Positions 32,923 to 42,808 are shown, counted from the stretch's first letter. The stretch: 59,441 nucleotides of DNA from Nitrospira sp. (GCA_016873615.1 VGWX01000004.1:1-59441), one strand, 5' to 3'. The notes: a model not told the origin generated them from the sequence alone. Translations and numbers: made by a program.

Positions 32923-33084
32923 TATTCCCACCTCCCTCACTTGGTGTTGTATTAATACTACAACGTTCCATATGTTGTTGTCAAGATACAACAGCGTTGT
33001 TTGTTGTTCTTGATATTCTTTATTTTTTGAACGAGTGACAAGTGTTTCTTTGCAGGTGTTAGAAACGTTTTTATTTTCTGTCGG

Positions 33085-33486
33085 TCACTTTCCACAACAT
33101 TTCACTATCCTCGCCCTATCCTCACTCGCTTTATCTCCCTTGTAATAAATCTCAATGAACTCGATCCTGTCCTCTTCTTCGTGATAAGCATATATGATCC
33201 TTATCCCCGACTGCACGCCTTTCCCTTTCAGTGTCTTGCAGGCAAACTTCCTGGCCTTATATATTTTCGGTGAATGGATACCGAGTTCGGGTATTTGAAG
33301 GATCGCCCGGCTATCGACATTCTGTTTGTGAAATGCATTCATCGCGACCTTGATGAAAATCTGCAAATCCTCTTCAAGTGAAGTGAACCGTCTGACGAGT
33401 TTCTTTAGGTCTTTCTCGAATTCTGGAACATGGGAAATCTTCTTGAACAGCTTCTCGACATATAGACTGTAGAACGGGCCACTCAT
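33085..33486 (-). CDS. RelE/ParE-superfamily toxin-like protein
   Basis: EFEKDLKKL..RF.SL..DL, IYKAR, SGIRIIYAY, FIEIY.K.DK; overlaps the upstream antitoxin. Confidence 0.75.
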   Translation of the reverse strand: MSGPFYSLYVEKLFKKISHVPEFEKDLKKLVRRFTSLEEDLQIFIKVAMNAFHKQNVDSRAILQIPELGIHSPKIYKARKFACKTLKGKGVQSGIRIIYAYHEEEDRIEFIEIYYKGDKASEDRARIVKCCGK

Positions 33487-34271
33487 CCGTTCTCTTCCGC
33501 ATACGCCCGCACAGAATAGGGTGGCGTGCGGTAAAAGACTGCTTCGTACTCGATAACCTCGCCCTCGCTGGTCGTGATCCAGGGGATATCTCCATGCAAA
33601 TGCTCGCTGATCTGGCTGGCATTCATGTCCGAGAGCTTGTTCAGTACGTCATCAATCACCTCTATCTCGCTCGCCTTGAACTTGGTGAGATCAGGTTTGT
33701 TTCGCGGGAGGTATTTCGTCTGTGGGTAGTTGAAATAGTCGCTCTTTACCTTTTCTATTTCCGCTTTCTTGATCATTTGTTCAACGATCCTGGCAAACTC
33801 AATAGGCGTCGGGCCATATTGATTCTTCATATACGTCGCGCCGATAAGTTGCTCTTCATACTTCTCATAGAAGTTGAAATCTATGAAATAGAGAAGTTTA
33901 TAGATGACTGTTTCGCCGATGTTCGGCTTCGAACCAACTTTGTTAAGGATGTACAGCATCACTTCCTTGAATTTCTGAAGATTCTTTTGCGGTACGCTAA
34001 TCCGCATCCGCGGCTTAGGTTCCTTTTCTTCTTTTCCTTCATGTAAGCGAACTTCCGGCTCTTTTCCGGGATTAAGCAGATCATCTACCGGCACATGGAA
34101 TATCTGCGAAAACCTGAGAAGTTCATCAGTAGCGACCTTCCGTGATCCGTTCTCTATTTGAGATATGGCCGGACGGGGCAGTTTCATTTTCCGCGCAAGC
34201 ACATCCTGACTCATTCCGGTCTTTTCCCTCAATTTATTGATCCGAAGTCCTATTTTTTCATAAATGTTCAT
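33483..34271 (-). CDS. HTH + DUF4065 (SocA/Panacea) antitoxin
   Basis: N-terminal XRE HTH; KLLYFIDF, YGP.P, H.D.PW motifs. Confidence 0.87.
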   Translation of the reverse strand: MNIYEKIGLRINKLREKTGMSQDVLARKMKLPRPAISQIENGSRKVATDELLRFSQIFHVPVDDLLNPGKEPEVRLHEGKEEKEPKPRMRISVPQKNLQKFKEVMLYILNKVGSKPNIGETVIYKLLYFIDFNFYEKYEEQLIGATYMKNQYGPTPIEFARIVEQMIKKAEIEKVKSDYFNYPQTKYLPRNKPDLTKFKASEIEVIDDVLNKLSDMNASQISEHLHGDIPWITTSEGEVIEYEAVFYRTPPYSVRAYAEENG

Positions 34272-34426
34272 TGGATCCCTCCCTGTATGACGTTATATTA
34301 ACACAGGTATGATTATCTGTCAATAAATTGTTAGATATTATTACAATAACAGATTTTTTGAAGAAATAAGAAAAGATTCGGAATTTTGACAGGTTTTTTC
34401 TTTCACAGGTATAATTCAATACAGTT

Positions 34427-36736
34427 ATGAGAATAAAACGTATCATCATTTTTACAGTTATTGCAGTTGTTCTTGGAATCTCTGCCGGCGCCTACCTTGC
34501 GCTAAGCATGGGGATACCATCCATTGAGGAGATGAAGGACTATAAACCATCGGCAGGCACCAAGATATATGCCGACGATAATGTTTTCATCGGCGAACTC
34601 AAGGCAGAGAAAGGCATATTTGTCCCGATAAATAAAATTCCTGAACACATGATCAATGCTGTTATTGCGGTTGAAGATTCACGGTTCTGGAGGCACAAAG
34701 GCATAGATTATCTTGCTATTGGAAGGGCGATTGTAAAAGATATCCTGCATGTGGGACTCAAGGAGGGAGGCAGCACCATAACCCAGCAGCTTGCCAAGGT
34801 CATGTTTCTTACCCCTGAGAAAACGTTCAGAAGAAAGATCAGGGAGGCAGCGCTTGCAATAAAGATAGAAAAAAATCTTACCAAGTATGAAATCCTTGAA
34901 CTGTATCTGAACAAGATCTATTTCGGCCATGGTTCCTACGGAGTTGAAATGGCTTCAAGGACATATTTTGGAAAATCAGTAAAAGATATCACTCTTTCAG
35001 AATCTGCCATGATAGCAGGTCTCATTAAGGCTCCGACATCATATTCACCATTCAATGACCTCACAAGAGCCAAAGAAAGGCAGCAGATTGTGCTTTTCCG
35101 GATGGAAGAAGAAGGCCTTATCAAAAGGTCTGAGAAAGATAATGCGCTGAGACAGCCACTTCTTCTCTCAAATGTAAGAAAAGGCCTGGAGGCCAACAAC
35201 TATTTCATAGATTATATAAGAAAATATCTTGAGGAAAAATATGGTCTGGAGACCATATACAAAGGCGATCTTAAAGTATATACAACTCTGGATAGGGGGG
35301 CACAATCTCTCGCAGCCAGGGCAGTTCAGAATGGGCTGAGAGAACTTGACAAGAGAAGAGGATGGCGTGGGCCTTTAGATCATAAAAAGGACATTGACAT
35401 CGAAAAAGAGATGAAGACAAAAGAACTGGCACACGTTGTTGCAACAAGCCCCGGAGATATATCTTCGGGGCTTGTTATCAAGGTCGGCAGCAGGGAAGCC
35501 TTGATAAAAACGAGGGGAATTATCGGAAAGTTGTCTATCGAAGATGCCAGATGGGCATCAAAAACTATTGAACCCAAAAAAGGCACGACAAAGGTTTTAA
35601 AAGATTTTACATTAACCCGGATACTTTCCCCCGGTGACGTTGTTAAGGTGAGCATTAAAAATATACGCGGCAGTATTGTTCAACTCTCTCTTGAACAGGA
35701 GCCCGCTGTTGAAGGGGCATTGGTAGCCATAGAACAGGATACGGGATTCATAAGGGCGCTTATCGGGGGTTATGATTTTGTAAAAAGTGACTTTAACAGG
35801 GCTGTATACGCCAAACGCCAGCCGGGTTCTGCATTTAAACCGGTTATCTACGCATCTGCCTTGGATCATGGTTACACTCCGGCAAGCATTATACTTGACG
35901 AACCGGTTACATATCCCGGCGGACTGAAAGGAGATTGGTCCCCTGCAAACTATGACCATAAATTTTATGGCCCTACAACTCTCAGGGAGGCTTTGACATA
36001 TTCAAGAAATGTAGTGACAGTAAAACTGGTTGATGCAGTCGGCATAAACAATGTGCTGGATTTTGCACGGAATATAGGCATTCAGGGAGACATGCCGAGA
36101 GACCTTACGCTTGCACTCGGTTCATTGAGCGTTTCCCCTCTTGAAATCGCCCTCTGTTACGGAGTATTTGCGAATCATGGCATGAAGGTCAAACCTATTG
36201 CAATTAAGTATGTCGAAGACTCAAAGGGCAGGGTACTCGAGAGCAACGAACCAGAGGCAGAAGAGGTTATCGCTCCACAGACTGCTTTCCTTATTACATC
36301 AATGATGGAAGACGTTGTGAAACATGGAACCGGATGGAGGGCAAAAGAACTCGGCAGAGCTGTTGCAGGAAAGACAGGCACTACAAATGAATATAGAGAT
36401 GCCTGGTTTGTAGGATATACACCAGATATTACCACTGCTGTTTGGGTAGGATTTGATGATACGCGACCACTCGGTTCTCAGGAGACGGGTGCAAGGGCGG
36501 CATCTCCTATCTGGGTATCATTCATGAAGAATTTTCTGATCGGTGAACCTGAAGATTTTACTGTCCCGGATGGCATAGTCAGTCATACAATAGACCCGAC
36601 GACCGGTCTCCTGACAAAAGACGCATCATCAGGTGTAAGGGAATATTTCAAGACAGGCACTGAACCAAAACAATTTACCGCATCTCCTCCTGTTCGCAAG
36701 ACAAGGGAAAAAGATTTAAACCTTAATTTTGATTAA
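34427..36736 (+). CDS. mrcA: Penicillin-binding protein 1A
   Basis: EDSRF..H.G, GGSTITQQL, RK..E; SAFK, SRN, KTG transpeptidase motifs. Confidence 0.95.
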   Translation: MRIKRIIIFTVIAVVLGISAGAYLALSMGIPSIEEMKDYKPSAGTKIYADDNVFIGELKAEKGIFVPINKIPEHMINAVIAVEDSRFWRHKGIDYLAIGRAIVKDILHVGLKEGGSTITQQLAKVMFLTPEKTFRRKIREAALAIKIEKNLTKYEILELYLNKIYFGHGSYGVEMASRTYFGKSVKDITLSESAMIAGLIKAPTSYSPFNDLTRAKERQQIVLFRMEEEGLIKRSEKDNALRQPLLLSNVRKGLEANNYFIDYIRKYLEEKYGLETIYKGDLKVYTTLDRGAQSLAARAVQNGLRELDKRRGWRGPLDHKKDIDIEKEMKTKELAHVVATSPGDISSGLVIKVGSREALIKTRGIIGKLSIEDARWASKTIEPKKGTTKVLKDFTLTRILSPGDVVKVSIKNIRGSIVQLSLEQEPAVEGALVAIEQDTGFIRALIGGYDFVKSDFNRAVYAKRQPGSAFKPVIYASALDHGYTPASIILDEPVTYPGGLKGDWSPANYDHKFYGPTTLREALTYSRNVVTVKLVDAVGINNVLDFARNIGIQGDMPRDLTLALGSLSVSPLEIALCYGVFANHGMKVKPIAIKYVEDSKGRVLESNEPEAEEVIAPQTAFLITSMMEDVVKHGTGWRAKELGRAVAGKTGTTNEYRDAWFVGYTPDITTAVWVGFDDTRPLGSQETGARAASPIWVSFMKNFLIGEPEDFTVPDGIVSHTIDPTTGLLTKDASSGVREYFKTGTEPKQFTASPPVRKTREKDLNLNFD

Positions 36737-36873
36737 CAGGCAAATGCTCCTGCTCTTGAAAGAAAGTTTAAGTTGCGAAAAAAAAATAATAATAATTTCA
36801 GCTGTAATCTATTGACTTTTCAAAAGAGCTTATGTAATATAACTACGATTTTAATCCCCGGAAGGAGGTAGTT

Positions 36874-37554
36874 ATGGAAGAAGTCCTGTTAATCGATGCC
36901 ATCGTTAACCCTAATGTGATACCCCACAATGTAACCCATGCTTTTCTTGTTTCAGGAATTTTAATTGTCTCTGCTCTTGCTATTAGAGGTTCTCTGAGTT
37001 TAGTGCCCAAAGGCCTCCAGAATTTCCTGGAAATGTTAGTTGAGGGAATACTGAAATTAGTTGAGGAGAATTTGCATCACTGGGGCAAAACAATGTTCCC
37101 TTTTATCTGTACAATATTTCTCTTTATACTCCTCTGTAACATTATGGGTCTGATACCCGGATTTACTGCTGCAACATCCAATGTAAACACAAACGCTGCT
37201 ATGGCAGTGCCCGTCTTTTTGACAACCCATTATCTTGGGATTAAGGTCCATGGCATTGGTTACCTCAAGCATTTTCTCGGGCCTATCCGTTCCATAGCCG
37301 CACTCCCTCTCATGATAATGATTTTCATCACAGAGTTCATCGGTCACCTTGCAAGGCCTTTAACCCTTACAGTCCGGTTATTCGGCAATATGACAGGAAA
37401 ACATATAATTCTTCTCGTTCTTGCAATTATCTCTCCATGGGTTCTTCCGACTGCAATTCTGGCTCTTGGAGTATTAGTTAGCGTTGTTCAGGCATTGGTC
37501 TTTACACTTTTAAGCACATTGTATTTTGCTGGTGCTCTCGAAGAAGCACATTAA
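36874..37554 (+). CDS. atpB: ATP synthase F0 subunit a
   Basis: P.GLQN..E, RPLTLTVRLFGN, QALVFTLL. Confidence 0.96.
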   Translation: MEEVLLIDAIVNPNVIPHNVTHAFLVSGILIVSALAIRGSLSLVPKGLQNFLEMLVEGILKLVEENLHHWGKTMFPFICTIFLFILLCNIMGLIPGFTAATSNVNTNAAMAVPVFLTTHYLGIKVHGIGYLKHFLGPIRSIAALPLMIMIFITEFIGHLARPLTLTVRLFGNMTGKHIILLVLAIISPWVLPTAILALGVLVSVVQALVFTLLSTLYFAGALEEAH

Positions 37555-37585
37555 TTCATTATTAATGAAAGGAGGAAGGAAAAGA

Positions 37586-37948
37586 ATGAAGAAGACTGGT
37601 TCAGTAGTTCTTATCGCTCTCACACTGTTAGTGGCATTAGCTCCTGTATGCTTTGCTGAGGAGGCTGCCGCAGCTACCACAGGTAAAAGTTCAAACATCT
37701 TTTATTATGCAATGGCTGCGCTCGGATGCGCCGTTGGAATGGGGCTTGCAGCATTGGGGACAGGCGTTGGCATGGGTCACGGTCTCGGCGGCGCTTGCGA
37801 AGGTATCGCCCGGAACCCTGGAGTTATGCCTAAAATAATGACAACCCTCATCATCGGTCTTGCGATGATCGAGTCACTCGCAATTTACGCCCTGGTTGTC
37901 GTTCTGATCATCATCTTCGTAAACCCGTTCGGCAAGCTCCTTCAGTAA
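37586..37948 (+). CDS. atpE: ATP synthase F0 subunit c with signal-peptide-like N-terminal extension
   Basis: GxGxGxG helix, ARNP loop, MIESLAIY; SD before ATG at 37586. Confidence 0.95.
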   Translation: MKKTGSVVLIALTLLVALAPVCFAEEAAAATTGKSSNIFYYAMAALGCAVGMGLAALGTGVGMGHGLGGACEGIARNPGVMPKIMTTLIIGLAMIESLAIYALVVVLIIIFVNPFGKLLQ

Positions 37949-37963
37949 GAACATACAGAATTC

Positions 37964-37997
37964 AAAAGGGCAGGATATACATATCCTGCCCTTTTTT
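37964..37997 (+). terminator. Intrinsic terminator after atpE
   Basis: aaaagggcaggatat-ac-atatcctgccctttttt. Confidence 0.9.
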
Positions 37998-38034
37998 ATT
38001 TTTAGCTGCTATTGTTTCTCGCTTAAAGTACACT

Positions 38035-38200
38035 TACTAACAGGACTATAAATAAGTATATTTTCACCCTTCCCTATTTCCCATCCTCTACGAGTCATTG
38101 ACCATCAAGGGTAAGGAAATAATAAATCCCCTCTTGTTCGCCTCGGCGAATCCGCCTGAGTGCGGAAGAAGGGTGCAGGGGTGTGTTTCCTCTCTCCCTT
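38035..38200. repeat. Composite REP-like element
   Basis: Contains modules found elsewhere: ctctacgagtc, cgcctcggcga, ccgcctgagtgcgg, tcccctctt...caggggtgtgt. Confidence 0.65.
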
Positions 38201-38334
38201 CTCCTCTGGTTTGTCATGCCAAAATTACGTGTTGACATTGATTAAAGCAATTGTTAATATCTTGCATCATGGGGTAACAATCAGCAGAGATAATTCAAAT
38301 AGGACAACAGTCTCCTTCCCTAATAGCCCTTCCC

Positions 38335-38805
38335 TTGTCCAGTGGATCGAAAAAAAGATACAGATTTGAGTTAGAGAGATTAACAAAAGAATTTAAGGGA
38401 GAATTAACGGCGGCTATCGGTTTGGAAATAGCTGACGATTCCATATTAAAACTGTTGAATAAAGGCTTTAATCTGAAAGATGTTGAGAGAACATATTCAG
38501 TCCTTGATGGGATGGGCATATTTTCACGAGTCTACATCTTCGTAGGCACACCTTTTGTTAAAGACCCAAAGACAGCAGCATTGGACTCAGTAAAGTATGC
38601 TAAAAAGATATGCTTCACAGAGATATCCATGTTAGGCGCATATCCGATGAAAAAGTCCGAGGGTTACCGATTATGGGAAAAAAGGGAGTGGTTGCCTCTG
38701 AAGAAAAGCGATTTTGATGGAATTATAAGATTAGCACAAGAAATAGAGTCGGATATAAATTATTCGTCTAAGGGACTTGAGCGTTTCTGGAGAGAGGAGA
38801 AGTGA
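38335..38805 (+). pseudogene. C-terminal fragment of a radical SAM protein (RaSEA/Elp3-like)
   Basis: AIGLEIADD.IL..LNKGF, VYIFVGTPF; no CxxxCxxC and no credible start. Confidence 0.65.
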
Positions 38806-38941
38806 AACTCGCCGTGGCAAGCCGCGAAAAAGAAAAAAAATACGGGTCTATTTGGAGAATGCCCGAAACTTCATTTGCCACGTTGCAAAAGATTTACGTT
38901 CAAACCTTTCGGACTTCTTTTACAACAGAACCGTTATCTCC

Positions 38942-38972
38942 ATTGTCTTTAAGACAATAATTTGTTTATGAT
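38942..38972 (+). promoter_or_regulatory. TA promoter with perfect 8-1-8 operator
   Basis: ATTGTCTT-T-AAGACAAT over the TTGTCT -35; TATGAT -10 lies 6 nt before the ATG. Confidence 0.65.
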
Positions 38973-38978
38973 TTATTT

Positions 38979-39260
38979 ATGAATGCTCGTTATTATATCG
39001 ATCCGGAAACAGGGTTGCCTCATATCTACAGGCATAATGTATTTGAGAACGAAGTGGAAGATGTTTTATTAGAACCTGGAGAAGACCGTCTTGGCAAAGA
39101 AGGTTCACGAATAGCTATGGGTCAGACAAATGCAGGACGTTATCTTAGGGTCATTTATGTTCCAGACCCAGAGCCGAGAAGTGTTTTTGTCATAACTGCA
39201 TTTGAGTTGACCGGCAAACCATTAACAGCATATAAACGCAGGAGGCGAAAGAAGAAATGA
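38979..39260 (+). CDS. DUF4258/BrnT-like putative toxin
   Basis: HI.RH.V...EVEDVL, GQT.AGRYLRVIY, VITAF. Confidence 0.75.
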   Translation: MNARYYIDPETGLPHIYRHNVFENEVEDVLLEPGEDRLGKEGSRIAMGQTNAGRYLRVIYVPDPEPRSVFVITAFELTGKPLTAYKRRRRKKK

Positions 39261-39487
39261 AAAAAAGTAGATTTCCAAAAGGGTGGGACGAAAAAAGGGT
39301 AAAGAAAGTTCTTGCCCATTATGAAAAACAAACGGAAGAAGAAGCCTTGGCCGAGGATGAAGCGGCATATGAAGATAAAACTCAGGCCATAATAGAAATC
39401 CCGGTTCAATTAGTCTCTACTGTTAGGGAGCTTATTGCAAAACATCAAGTACGCCATTTGAAGACAACGGCAGGCAACAGAGGTTAG
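39257..39487 (+). CDS. Putative antitoxin
   Basis: 76 aa with acidic centre; ATGA overlap with the toxin-like gene. Confidence 0.7.
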   Translation: MKKSRFPKGWDEKRVKKVLAHYEKQTEEEALAEDEAAYEDKTQAIIEIPVQLVSTVRELIAKHQVRHLKTTAGNRG

Positions 39488-39518
39488 ACGGTTTCTCTAC
39501 TGAAAATAGCAGAACAAA

Positions 39519-39562
39519 AAACACACCACTTAATCCCCTCTTGATAGAGGGGACACACAGAT
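39519..39562. repeat. REP-like hairpin (CCCCTCT family)
   Basis: acacaccacttaatcccctcttgatagagggga. Confidence 0.6.
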
Positions 39563-39634
39563 TCCATAATCTTCAGTAGTAATAGAGTGAGGAGATATTT
39601 AATAAAAACGATGACATGAACAAAAAGTAGGTTT

Positions 39635-40786
39635 CTATTTTCCGAAAAGATTCTTCGTGATGAGATGGCGGATAAGGTAGGAGATGACGTCTTTGTGCCA
39701 GTCAAAATCTGCTTTCTGAATTAACGGCAATACACCGTCCCTTTTTGCAAGGTCCATAAGGAAATCAATCTGCCTGTCAGACAGTTTAGAATATATCCTT
39801 CTGAGCATGGCGCCTGCCCTTAATTCAGGCTCTAACCTTTTCCTCCATGAGTGTTCATACTCATAAAATGCATTTTCGCTGTAATCTTTATATCTGATTG
39901 CTTTTATAATCGACTGTACTGCGATCTCCGAACACAGCATTCCAAAATAAATCCCGCCTCCTGTTGTAGTTTTAACCTGACCTGCTGCTTCGCCGACTAT
40001 GACAAGCCTTTCAGCATAGCTTTTCTGAATTCTCCTGACCGGGATAGGACTGCATTTGACATCATTGACATCTGATCTCATTCGCTCGGCAATAAAAGGA
40101 TGGCGGATGAACCTTTTTAAGAAGTCTGCCGGATTTTTTTTCACAATAAGCCCTATTTTCGCTGATGCACCATTTGTCGGAACGACCCACGCAAAAGATC
40201 CTGGCGCAATTTTCTCTCCGAAATAGACCTCAACATCCCTGATATCTTCCATCTTTACATCTTTCTGAATACCAAATAAAAAATTAGCAGGCTTTCTGAA
40301 CATCTTATGCAGGGAATGCAGTTCAAAACCAGTTGCAATTACTCCCACCTTTGAACTGAAAACCTGTTCCCCTTCTTCTGTCTTTACTTTTATATTAAAA
40401 GCTCTATCAGTAATATTAATCTCTTCTGCTTTTGCATGGAGATGGGTTATCGCACCTTCTTTAACAGCCATTTTGTTGATCTGCTGGTCAAAGAGACTTC
40501 TGTTGACGATATAAGCTAATGGTTTTGCAGACTGGTATCTAAGGTAGTGACCTGAAGGAGCAATTGCCCTTATTGAATTTACCTGTCTCAGGATAATTTC
40601 ATCCGGCAGTTCAAATTTCTTAAGGCATTCGACGCTTATAATGCCCGTACAATTCACATCCTTGCCGATTACAGGATTTTTTTCAAAAATACCCACATCC
40701 AGACCTTCTTTTGCCAGCAAATACGCTGTATAACTGCCAATCGGTCCGGCTCCAACTACTATAACGTCGTGCATTTTACTGCTCAT
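39635..40786 (-). CDS. Geranylgeranyl reductase family FAD-dependent oxidoreductase
   Basis: VVGAGPIG, CTGII, R..FD, FAWVVP, GEAAGQVK.TTGGGI. Confidence 0.88.
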   Translation of the reverse strand: MSSKMHDVIVVGAGPIGSYTAYLLAKEGLDVGIFEKNPVIGKDVNCTGIISVECLKKFELPDEIILRQVNSIRAIAPSGHYLRYQSAKPLAYIVNRSLFDQQINKMAVKEGAITHLHAKAEEINITDRAFNIKVKTEEGEQVFSSKVGVIATGFELHSLHKMFRKPANFLFGIQKDVKMEDIRDVEVYFGEKIAPGSFAWVVPTNGASAKIGLIVKKNPADFLKRFIRHPFIAERMRSDVNDVKCSPIPVRRIQKSYAERLVIVGEAAGQVKTTTGGGIYFGMLCSEIAVQSIIKAIRYKDYSENAFYEYEHSWRKRLEPELRAGAMLRRIYSKLSDRQIDFLMDLAKRDGVLPLIQKADFDWHKDVISYLIRHLITKNLFGK

Positions 40787-41001
40787 TTATATATCAGCCT
40801 CTTAAAACCATTATTAAATTCGGTTATAATTTTCACAAATCTGCACCTTTTTTTCAACTAAAAACAAACAATCTCAATAACATGTATTAAGCGGATCGTC
40901 TTGATTTAAATATTCATAACCTAAAAGTCTGCAGCTGCAATATAACTATTCCAAAGTTTTATATGATAAAATATAACATAAAAGAAGATCGGAGGATATA
41001 A

Positions 41002-42633
41002 ATACCAGCACTTTACGGTAATCTCTCAGGGCTCAAGTCCAGTTACATCAGCTCTCTTGAAAGGATATACAGGAGAAAGGTACATCGTGAATTAGCAACC
41101 CATGAGCTTGCACGATTCCTCACAGAAATCTCCTTTGAAATAAACCGGCAGATAGGAATTCTTGTCAACAGAGCAGGTAATATTACCCATGTAATTATCG
41201 GTGATGCAAAGGGACTATTTATACCTGAACTCCAGGATTATCCTTTAGGCAGAAAAGCATTAAGGGGCCTCAGACTTGTGCACACCCACCTGACCGAGGA
41301 ATCCCTTACTCAGGATGACCTGACAGACCTTTCCCTTCTAAGACTTGATCTTATTGCTGCAATAGGTGTAAAAAACGGTCTTCCCGGCAATATCTTTGTT
41401 GCCTATTTGATGCCAACTGGTGAAAAGCCATTTGAGATTTTGCATCATCAGAACTTCTATGCCTTTGAATTAGACTTCCCGCCTTTCATCCGTTCTCTTG
41501 AGGATGAAATGGAACGGCACAGGGTTTTTAGTCCGGACGACAAAAGAGAACGGGCAATACTGGTTAGTGTTTCAAAAAGACCGCGATATGAACAGGAAGA
41601 CTCTGTTGAGGAATTAAAAGAGCTTGCCCGGTCAAGTGATATTCTCGTACTTGATACTGTTATTCAAAGGCCCAAAGAGATAAATCCGAGGTATCTCATG
41701 GGTGAAGGCAAAATGAAAGAACTCGTTATTAATGGACTGAACAAAGGCGCAACGCTTCTTGTATTCGATCAGGAATTAAGCCCATCGCAGGTAAAAGCAA
41801 CAGGAGAACTTACAGAACTTAAGGCAATTGACCGTTCTCAGCTTATCCTTGATATCTTTGCACAGCGTGCCCACAGCAGAGACGGAAAAGTTCAGGTTGA
41901 GCTCGCACAGCTAAAATACAGGCTTCCGAGATTAACAGGCAAAGGCACTGCAATGTCCCGACTTATGGGCGGCATTGGCGGAAGAGGACCTGGTGAAATG
42001 AAGCTTGAGATAGACAGAAGGCGAGTCCGGGACAGGATATCCCTCCTCGAAAAAGAACTCAAATCTCTCAGCGCAGCAAGAATACAAAGAAAACAGAGAA
42101 GGGTTGAAACGGGAATACCTATTGTATCTATAATCGGATATACGAACGCAGGAAAATCAACACTCCTGAATTCACTCACGAAAAGCTATGTTTTTGTTGA
42201 GGACAAATTATTTGCAACGCTGGATACCGCAAGCAGGCGATTGCGTTTCCCGCGTGAGCGGGATGTTATCGTTACAGACACTGTCGGCTTCATAAGAGAC
42301 CTTCCAAAGGATCTCCTGACGGCATTCAAGGCAACGCTCGAAGAACTCGAGGATGCAGATTTATTGCTGCATCTCATTGATGCTTCAAACTCACGCTTTG
42401 AGCAACACATCGGGTCTGTAGAAAACATCCTCCGTGAACTTCACCTCAATGAAAAGCCCCGTATTATTGTCTTTAACAAAATCGATAAAATAAGCGCCGA
42501 AGAGGCAAATAACCTTGCCCTGCGTTATAATGGTGTCACAATCTCTGCACTCGACCCAACGACATTTATTCCTCTTCTCAGATCAATAGAAGAGAATATC
42601 TGGCCCATGAAACTGGCAGAGGCAAAGGTATAA
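41002..42633 (+). CDS. hflX: Ribosome-splitting GTPase HflX, long N-terminal form, predicted ATA start
   Basis: GYTNAGKS, LFATLD, DTVG, NKID; open frame continues 92 codons upstream of the ORF-track start (IPALYGNLSGLKSS..SLERIYRRK). Confidence 0.93.
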   Translation: MPALYGNLSGLKSSYISSLERIYRRKVHRELATHELARFLTEISFEINRQIGILVNRAGNITHVIIGDAKGLFIPELQDYPLGRKALRGLRLVHTHLTEESLTQDDLTDLSLLRLDLIAAIGVKNGLPGNIFVAYLMPTGEKPFEILHHQNFYAFELDFPPFIRSLEDEMERHRVFSPDDKRERAILVSVSKRPRYEQEDSVEELKELARSSDILVLDTVIQRPKEINPRYLMGEGKMKELVINGLNKGATLLVFDQELSPSQVKATGELTELKAIDRSQLILDIFAQRAHSRDGKVQVELAQLKYRLPRLTGKGTAMSRLMGGIGGRGPGEMKLEIDRRRVRDRISLLEKELKSLSAARIQRKQRRVETGIPIVSIIGYTNAGKSTLLNSLTKSYVFVEDKLFATLDTASRRLRFPRERDVIVTDTVGFIRDLPKDLLTAFKATLEELEDADLLLHLIDASNSRFEQHIGSVENILRELHLNEKPRIIVFNKIDKISAEEANNLALRYNGVTISALDPTTFIPLLRSIEENIWPMKLAEAKV

Positions 42634-42646
42634 TATATTTATATTT

Positions 42647-42808
42647 ATTATATTGTTGTCATTCCAGCTTGTCTGGTCTCCTCGGCGACTCGCCCGAGGC
42701 GAGAATCTTTTCTAAGAAGGATTCTCGCCCCGGCGAGTCGCTCCCGCACTCAGGCGGGTTCGCTGAGGAGAAGAAGTGACTGGACAAGCCAGAATGACAG
42801 AATATAAT
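42647..42808. repeat. Nested palindromic element (TGTCATTCC family), copy C
   Basis: tgtcattccagcttgtctgg...ctggacaagccagaatgaca with inserted GC-rich hairpins. Confidence 0.8.

Noticed and set aside
37526-37585. Upstream start for atpE given in the ORF track
   Set aside because: Overlaps atpB; the SD precedes the ATG at 37586
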